From Bdellovibrionales bacterium (GTDB taxonomy: Bacteria > Bdellovibrionota > Bdellovibrionia > Bdellovibrionales > DASUEL01), in NCBI GenBank assembly GCA_050250255.1, contig JBFWOZ010000058.1, positions 1 through 15,127 on the forward strand: a stretch of DNA of 15,127 bases, written 5' to 3'. Shown piece by piece: positions 9,233 through 15,127 of this stretch; the stretch's first letter is position 1, and every line of letters begins with the position of its first letter. A program made the position numbers and the translations under genes. A model generated the notes under the pieces. That model was given only the letters and a program-made list of their open reading frames with translations, was not told the DNA's origin and did not search any database.

Positions 9233-9283
9233 TATTAACCTCCTTATAACATCACGAACTTTTGATTCTTATGGAACGATCAA

Positions 9284-9313
9284 AACATTGGTTTCGCTTT
9301 GAAACCTGTCAAG
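9284..9313 (-). promoter_or_regulatory. Candidate groESL promoter with a palindromic spacer
   Basis: Minus strand reads CTTGACA-GGTTTCAAAGCGAAACC-AATGTT. It can be read as sigma70 (TTGACA with a weak -10) or as RpoH-like (CTTG-N18-CCAATGT). Confidence 0.55.
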
Positions 9314-9410
9314 CGGCCCTATAAAAATTTTTAAGTTATTCTATAAGATATAGAAGTGCCGGGATCTTATGCGAAGCATTAGTAAAGTCAAATCATTAAG
9401 GATTTATTGC

Positions 9411-9866
9411 TTAGCGGCGCCATCCGGGGTTAGGCGCGTTTTTATCGGGAGTCTCTAACTCTGTGAGCCAGCTCGAAGGAGGGGCGGCAGGAGCTTGTTG
9501 AAGCTCCTTAAGTTGAGCCGAATAGGCCATCAGAATTTCTGCTAAATCAGAAGGTTTCATCTTTTGACTCGCGTACCGTAAAGCCTTGATTTGATTGCCA
9601 TATGAAGGGCTCAGATAGTGCTGGAAATAGTCGTTAGCGGTAAGTTCTTCGGCCACCACCAAGTTCGTTCGAGCTTTCCGCAGACGCGAGTGAATCTCGG
9701 AGTTAATACCCCCGTCACGCTTACGCTCCAGAAGAACTCGGTCGTATTTGATTTTCGCTTGAGACACCCGCTGGCTCTTCCACTGCTCATAAGATAGTAA
9801 GGCCGACGAGGCGACAGAGCCGTGAAAGGAAATCAAAAGAAAAGAAAGAATCAATAGTTCGCGCAA
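9411..9866 (-). CDS. Hypothetical secreted helical protein (151 aa)
   Basis: TTG start with GAGGT RBS; signal peptide (MRELLILSFLLISFHGSVASSA). Confidence 0.75.
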   Translation of the reverse strand: MRELLILSFLLISFHGSVASSALLSYEQWKSQRVSQAKIKYDRVLLERKRDGGINSEIHSRLRKARTNLVVAEELTANDYFQHYLSPSYGNQIKALRYASQKMKPSDLAEILMAYSAQLKELQQAPAAPPSSWLTELETPDKNAPNPGWRR

Positions 9867-9925
9867 ACGTACCTCGTATTGGGAAGCTGTAACTACAAGG
9901 CTTATGCCTCATTCAATTCTTCTAT

Positions 9926-9947
9926 AGGCGTCTCGAGAGAAACGCCC
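9926..9947 (-). terminator. Stem-loop downstream of the L,D-transpeptidase operon (no clear U-tract)
   Basis: GGGCGTTTC-TCTC-GAGACGCCT forms a 9-bp stem with G-U pairs, 45 nt after the stop at 9993. Outer AATTCTT/AAGAATT arms lie at 9915-9921 and 9948-9954. Confidence 0.4.
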
Positions 9948-9992
9948 AAGAATTTTTTACCGAGCAAGTGACGTGTTTGAGTCACCCCTTAT

Positions 9993-10841
9993 TTACCGAA
10001 ACCCCATTCCCACACCACTCACGATCCGCACGGATCCGTTTTTACTAAATTGACCAAGAACAAATGCCTCTAGTCCTTCACCATTATGGAAAAGAACCCG
10101 AGCTTTTGCAGTGTAGCCCCAATCCTTCTGAGTGGTATCGTCATAAGAGATAATACCCCGTCCGTGGCTTGTACTTGTTAGTCCTCTGTACATCCCTGCC
10201 GACAAAGCAATGGCGTTTTTACCCGCTGGGAGATAGACGAAGTCGTATTCCGCAAAAACGGATCCTGACAAGCTAGGCACAGAACGTCTTTCGCCGTAGA
10301 TTCCTGTCACTCCCGAAATAACAGAGTCATCCGTCAATGTGCCATCTACTCCTGTATTCGAAACATTCGAAGCTTCGATGTATCCGTCTGGATCCGTTGC
10401 ATCACCAGATCCTTCTAAGTTTGCCAATACACCAACATTCAGACGTCGATGAAAGTTTGGACGAACAGAAGCTTGGAAAGTTAATCCGAAAGCTTTTTGC
10501 GAGAAATGAGTCTGAGAACCATCCACCGCTTCACCAAAAGGCTTCGTCACTGTTCCATCAGTCCAATACAAAGATTCTTTGGATCGTGACACATAACTTG
10601 CTGCCATGCCTATCGTAAACATTCCTTGAGAGGAAATTGTTTGGCGTACGAAGTCTCTACGCTTTGGCTCAAGTTGGTTTGCGGGAGTGTTCTTTACCAA
10701 TAAACGGCCATCGACACCCTCATACTCTTTAAAAACCTGGTTTCCAAAACTCACTTCGCGTTTAAATTTAAAACCGCTGAAATTTTGCGCATTCGCAAAC
10801 AGTGGAAACAATAAACTGATTAGTACAATACTTTTAAACAT
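9993..10841 (-). CDS. Secreted protein, probable outer-membrane beta-barrel (282 aa)
   Basis: Restarted at ATG 10841, 7 nt after AAGGAG (MFKSIVLISLLFPLFANA/Q). Beta-rich and amphipathic, ending VSGVGMGFR. Confidence 0.65.
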   Translation of the reverse strand: MFKSIVLISLLFPLFANAQNFSGFKFKREVSFGNQVFKEYEGVDGRLLVKNTPANQLEPKRRDFVRQTISSQGMFTIGMAASYVSRSKESLYWTDGTVTKPFGEAVDGSQTHFSQKAFGLTFQASVRPNFHRRLNVGVLANLEGSGDATDPDGYIEASNVSNTGVDGTLTDDSVISGVTGIYGERRSVPSLSGSVFAEYDFVYLPAGKNAIALSAGMYRGLTSTSHGRGIISYDDTTQKDWGYTAKARVLFHNGEGLEAFVLGQFSKNGSVRIVSGVGMGFR

Positions 10842-10867
10842 ATCCATACTCCTTAATAATTTTTTGG

Positions 10868-11122
10868 CTACATTGGGGGAAGCTTCATACTGCAATCTGT
10901 GTAATGGCAGTCTTGAGTCCCGTAATTCCATTTTTTACTTAGGTGATTCCAAGCCCAACAGGAAGCCCAACCATGTTTTACTTCTGTGCAGTTTACAACC
11001 TCACCATGACGACCCACCACTGTGGGTCGAGGTGTGTGTTGGCTGAAAAAACTCTGCTGAGCTAATGCTGCGTAAGAAAATGCTGAACTTAAAATCAAAG
11101 AAAATAAAACCTCTTTTTTCAT
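10868..11122 (-). CDS. Small secreted Cys/Trp-rich protein (84 aa)
   Basis: Signal peptide (..YAALA/Q); 4 Cys and 4 Trp; GGGAG RBS; ATGA overlap with the upstream gene's stop. Confidence 0.8.
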   Translation of the reverse strand: MKKEVLFSLILSSAFSYAALAQQSFFSQHTPRPTVVGRHGEVVNCTEVKHGWASCWAWNHLSKKWNYGTQDCHYTDCSMKLPPM

Positions 11123-12435
11123 TGTATTACTCCCATTTTATCGAGAGGCGGTTTGCCTCTGACAGTTTCCATAATTGATAAGCCTTCTTCATCCCTACGG
11201 ATTTCAGGGGCCGCTTTGGTTCCAAAGTTTTTTACACGGCCGTAGCGATCATTAATAAGGGGATATGGGTGATCGTACTCAAAGCTTGATGTCATCAGCA
11301 TCGCAAGATCGATTTTTTGTCGGTTATGACTGAGAAGGGTGTAGAGCTCGTAGAGATCTTTATCTGCCATTCTCATACATCCGTGAGAGACAAACCCGCG
11401 AAGAAGACGAGTTGTAATGGAATAGTGAAAACCAAAACCAGTTTTGCGACCTGTTTGATCTCCGATAACAATAAAGGGTCGGCCCATAAAATATTCTGGA
11501 TCGTAAACTTCGCTAGCCATCTTTCTGGGATCAACGATGGCTTGTGGGATAGTATGAGTAAGAAGTCTTGTGCCTGGAGCTTCCACCCCCTCATCAAACC
11601 CGCCAACTCCAAGTGGGAAAATTTTGAAAATACCTTGGTCTTCAGCGCGCACGATGAGTTTTCTTCCAGACAAACTCACTTCTAACTTAAATTGAATATT
11701 CCGTGCTGTGAGCTCCTGGAGAAAAACAACGCTGCTAATTTTTTGTTCCTCGTCTAATTGAAACTTCATATGTCGAACACGAACACCCATCGTTTTGCTG
11801 TGATAAAATATCGAGAGAACCGCGCCGGTGATTTTTTGCTCTGAGTCCAATATAAGTTTTGTAAATTCTATTCCAAAGATCGCATTCACGCGCGTCGTCG
11901 GTTCAAAACCAGGACCCGCCATTATAAAGCTCACGCCCCCGGGCACATACCATTCAGGGTTTTCCTGGAGATTTTGAATCACTGTTTGAGCCAATGACTT
12001 GAGGCCTGTCTTGTAAGCGATGATGTCTCGCAAATCGACACCAAAAGAATGTGCGGGAATTTTCTCGGGATCAATAAGATCTGTTTTGGTAAATATAGGC
12101 TTAGTTTGGGTTGCTTGTGCACATTTTGAGTCACGAAAAAGATCTTCGCGTTTTTTTTGTGCACAAGATTTATTGGCCTTTTCGTCTTTGAGCTGCTGAC
12201 AGAACGTTTCAAAACTGCTGAACGAATGAACTCCCGTTTCACATCCCACTTCTTGAAAAGTGTAAGTATACTGAGGAACCGTAGGGGCCGCCGCTTGCTC
12301 ATCTGATTTTTGACATGCAACCAACATAAAAAAAATGAGAATGAAGAGAACTCCGCGAAGAGCGCTGAAAGGCCTCTGCGCTGCCAATTTAGGGCTATCA
12401 AAAAAGATAGGAATCAATACATTCCAATTCATCAT
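11119..12435 (-). CDS. L,D-transpeptidase (YkuD-like) family lipoprotein
   Basis: Catalytic motif GFH-x-RGFVSHGCMRM and lipobox LVA/C at residue 41. The true start may be TTG 12387. Confidence 0.85.
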   Translation of the reverse strand: MMNWNVLIPIFFDSPKLAAQRPFSALRGVLFILIFFMLVACQKSDEQAAAPTVPQYTYTFQEVGCETGVHSFSSFETFCQQLKDEKANKSCAQKKREDLFRDSKCAQATQTKPIFTKTDLIDPEKIPAHSFGVDLRDIIAYKTGLKSLAQTVIQNLQENPEWYVPGGVSFIMAGPGFEPTTRVNAIFGIEFTKLILDSEQKITGAVLSIFYHSKTMGVRVRHMKFQLDEEQKISSVVFLQELTARNIQFKLEVSLSGRKLIVRAEDQGIFKIFPLGVGGFDEGVEAPGTRLLTHTIPQAIVDPRKMASEVYDPEYFMGRPFIVIGDQTGRKTGFGFHYSITTRLLRGFVSHGCMRMADKDLYELYTLLSHNRQKIDLAMLMTSSFEYDHPYPLINDRYGRVKNFGTKAAPEIRRDEEGLSIMETVRGKPPLDKMGVIQ

Positions 12436-12597
12436 AGAACGGATTCACCAGAGCAAAACCCACACCAATTTGACGCTGTATCGCTACCAAAAGGAGCGGC
12501 GCACCTTTTGGAGGGGGAGGAAAGTCTAGGAATGAGGTCGATGCAGAGTTCAAGTCTTTAAAACCTCTCAGTTTTTCCCGAAAAGTCGAGTGAGGAG

Positions 12598-14916
12598 ATG
12601 GGTGTGGAAAAACGGCTCATTGTGAGCATCATTTTAATTTTAATTGGTGAAGTCGTGTGGCTGCTCGCCGACATGAAAATCATTTCTATCTCTGGAATCA
12701 CCCAAGAGTCTGTCGCGGTTTCACGCCAACTTATTGGTGAAGTCGAAGACCGCCATTACAGCCTTAAGCGCCGTTACCTGAACAGTCTTGTTTGGGAAGA
12801 CACAAAAAAAGCAGAGCCTCTTTATTTGTATGATTCTGTTTTGACCCTTGAAAGAAGCAGCGCTGTTCTCAAGCTTCATGGCAATACTCAGCTGAAGCTT
12901 TCAGAAAATACTTTAGTGGTACTCGAACCGAGCACCAGAGATGGTGTTGATCAGTTGAAAATTCGTTTTAGTCGCGGAGATGTTCGCTCGCGTAATCCAG
13001 ATAAAAGTGTCGCAGTGGCAGCCCTTACATGGACGGTCGAAATTCAGCAAGGATCTGAAGTTCAGTTGCGCACTAAAGATGAGAAACAGTTAGAAGTAGA
13101 AGTCGTTAAGGGCCAAGTGAAAGTTCAAGACGAAAAGAAAAGTGTCGCAAAGGAATATTCCACCGGCGATCTCGTCCGCATGAACGAAGATCAAGTAGAA
13201 CATCAGAGGCTCACTCAAGAGATTCAATGGAAAACTCCCATTAGCGATCTTCAGCTTGTTCGACGCTACGCTCACCATTTTCCAATAGAGGTACGCATTG
13301 AGTGGGTTGGATCTGCTAAAGAACTCATCTGGGAAAATCCATTAGGAAAAATCGAAAGTCTTCCTCTTACGCCTGAGCAAACAAATCAATCTCTCGATCT
13401 TATAAAAGGTCTTCATCACTTCCGTTTAAAAAATTCTCAAGGAACAACCGCCGCTTTGCCTGTCGAAATCTGGCAAGCACCCTCGATTCACACTTTCTGG
13501 CCGCTTCCTCGTGATCGCTACACCGCAGGTCAGCCCGTAATGTTTTCTTGGGCACCTGTTGACGAAGTCAAAAAGTATCGCCTTGTTCTCAAAGATGTAG
13601 ATCGTCAGACAACCGCTTTTGAAAAAACTTATGAAAAACAAAACCTCAGTCACGAATCTGTCGACACAAATGGGGCTTTTGAATGGATGATCGCCGGAGA
13701 AGACAGTTTAGGTTTTGCTATCCCCCACACTTACACCACGCCTGTGTTCTTCTTAACAAATCCTTTAGCTCCTCCCGTTTTGCGAACTCCAGAGATTCGT
13801 AAACCTGCGCAAAAAGAATCTCCTCGTTCCAGCTCACTACAAATTTGGAAAATATTGAGAGAGTGGATTCTTCCATCAGCTCATGCAGAAAAAACGCGTG
13901 AAAATCTGAAAGATATTGAGGAAACATCAGCGCCACCGGCCGATTACCAAGCTGTATTTCAGTGGGAGGTTGTTACAGGTGCCGCTCACTATGTGATCGA
14001 AATAGATAGCGAACCTGATTTCAAGACTCCCATCACCATCCAAAAAGTGTCAAAACCGGAATTTATCTGGAGCGAATTTTCTCTTGGAAAATATTATTGG
14101 AGAGTCGCTGCCGGAGGTGCCAAAGGTGAAATGGGACTTTTCAGTCCCGTCACTCCCGTCGATCTACGTGATCCAAAAGTATTTGATCAACGTCTTCAAC
14201 CTACCGTTGTCATTGCAACGCCACCACCTGTGAAAAAGCCTCCGAAAGAAGAAGTGGATTTAAATCGTGAACCGCCGCCAGCCGTTGTAAAAAAAGTTGA
14301 TTCAGAAGCGGAAAAAGTTCGCTTCATCAAAGGCTTTGTCCATTTTGTACCGACCGGTGAACAGACCACCGTGCAGTCCGACTCCTTTAAAGCTCAGTTT
14401 CGCGGATATTATTTGATGAGTGCACGCGCACAATTAGACATTCCTTGGAACGAAGTCGAAGATCTCTCGTTTCGCTTCTCCTACCGCCAAGCCGACTTCA
14501 AACCTCAGCCTGAATCAGAGTACCCTTTTCAAGAAAAGTTGAACCGACAACAAGTCGCGATCACTGCGCTGTACGGACAAGTCGCAGCCTGGCAGTATGG
14601 TGTAAAAGCGGTCACCCTACAAACGCTAAAGCGTCAGAGTTTTGAAAGCCTTGTCTCAGAAAGTACATTTGGATATGGCCCATCTGTAAGTCTTCCGCTC
14701 GCTACAAAACCGTGGTTGTCTCAACTTGATTTATGGATTTTGTTGGGCTCACAGATTTGGTCAACGGGTGTAGAAGCAAGTCTCGGTTACGAAACTTCAC
14801 TCAGCTCAAACATAGGGCTTCAATACGGTGGGTCCGTAGAGCTACAATACTCAAGCACATCTACGCAAAAAGAAACCATGATTCTGCCGAAAGTCTTTAT
14901 GGGACTGGGTTGGTAA
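12598..14916 (+). CDS. FecR-like domain protein with Ig/FN3-like modules and a putative C-terminal beta-barrel (772 aa)
   Basis: N-terminal TM helix; FecR-like segment (DSVLTLERSSAVLKL..LKLSENTLVV..VEVVKGQV); FN3-like modules (VFQWEVVTGAAHYVIEI..GKYYWRVAA); Pro-rich linkers; ends VFMGLGW. GAGGAG abuts the ATG, so GTG 12604 may be the real start. Confidence 0.75.
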   Translation: MGVEKRLIVSIILILIGEVVWLLADMKIISISGITQESVAVSRQLIGEVEDRHYSLKRRYLNSLVWEDTKKAEPLYLYDSVLTLERSSAVLKLHGNTQLKLSENTLVVLEPSTRDGVDQLKIRFSRGDVRSRNPDKSVAVAALTWTVEIQQGSEVQLRTKDEKQLEVEVVKGQVKVQDEKKSVAKEYSTGDLVRMNEDQVEHQRLTQEIQWKTPISDLQLVRRYAHHFPIEVRIEWVGSAKELIWENPLGKIESLPLTPEQTNQSLDLIKGLHHFRLKNSQGTTAALPVEIWQAPSIHTFWPLPRDRYTAGQPVMFSWAPVDEVKKYRLVLKDVDRQTTAFEKTYEKQNLSHESVDTNGAFEWMIAGEDSLGFAIPHTYTTPVFFLTNPLAPPVLRTPEIRKPAQKESPRSSSLQIWKILREWILPSAHAEKTRENLKDIEETSAPPADYQAVFQWEVVTGAAHYVIEIDSEPDFKTPITIQKVSKPEFIWSEFSLGKYYWRVAAGGAKGEMGLFSPVTPVDLRDPKVFDQRLQPTVVIATPPPVKKPPKEEVDLNREPPPAVVKKVDSEAEKVRFIKGFVHFVPTGEQTTVQSDSFKAQFRGYYLMSARAQLDIPWNEVEDLSFRFSYRQADFKPQPESEYPFQEKLNRQQVAITALYGQVAAWQYGVKAVTLQTLKRQSFESLVSESTFGYGPSVSLPLATKPWLSQLDLWILLGSQIWSTGVEASLGYETSLSSNIGLQYGGSVELQYSSTSTQKETMILPKVFMGLGW

Positions 14917-14970
14917 CGCAGCACTGCCTCCGCTGCGGAGTGGGATATGCTGAGTGACTTTGAATTTGGC

Positions 14971-15103
14971 AGCCCCTTCTCTTGCTAGTCTGGAATCATC
15001 CATCCATCTATGAAGAAGTCGGTCAAGTAAATAAACTTTGGCCTCTGCAGACTTTTTATTTACTGCCGTTTTGGGTCTTCGGGTGGGTGGTTAAGTCAGG
15101 GCT
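14971..15103 (+). other. Long imperfect hairpin; candidate structured RNA or palindromic element
   Basis: Nested helices AGCCC/GGGCT, AATCATCCATCC/GGGTGGGTGGTT (12 bp with G-U), GAAGA/TCTTC, CGG/CCG and AGTAAATAAA/TTTATTTACT (15026-15035/15055-15064). Confidence 0.5.
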
Positions 15104-15127
15104 TCTCATTTTTTATCCGTTCTTTAT

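Noticed and set aside
9894..9909. Sigma54-like AGGCAT-N5-TTGTA upstream of 9411..9866
   Set aside because: It has GT instead of the conserved GC at -12, so it is too weak to call.
10842..10931. N-terminal extension of ORF 9993..10931
   Set aside because: It overlaps the 84-aa gene; the RBS and signal peptide support ATG 10841.
11317..12561. Alternative ORFs over the L,D-transpeptidase (11317..11685, 11373..11612, 11979..12401, 12310..12561, 12335..12529)
   Set aside because: They overlap a motif-supported CDS and show no protein-like features.
14930..15127. tRNA, SRP, 6S RNA, c-di-GMP riboswitch or retron call for the terminal hairpin
   Set aside because: Diagnostic motifs are not recognisable and no supporting gene is visible, so it is left unassigned.

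Overview
Bacterial chromosomal window centred on groES-groEL. Almost every other gene encodes an envelope or secreted protein. These include two convergent small peptides sharing a C-x6-DV-x-L-x3-T motif, a signal-peptide-bearing atypical kinase-like protein, a CheY-like receiver, a membrane protein and DedA. There are also two head-to-head, apparently paralogous ~10-strand beta-barrel proteins, a class I SAM methyltransferase-like protein with an N-terminal hydrophobic segment, and an operon of an L,D-transpeptidase lipoprotein, a Cys-rich peptide and a barrel protein. A FecR/Ig-like/barrel protein carries an internal signal-peptidase-like motif. Non-coding highlights are a perfect 32-bp inverted repeat (1864-1951), a long rod-like hairpin (~14971-15103), and candidate sigma54, heat-shock and leaderless promoters. 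The gene style suggests Bdellovibrionota (inference, not verified). No rRNA, tRNA, CRISPR array or transposase was seen. All family calls come from reading motifs by eye; no database search was run.
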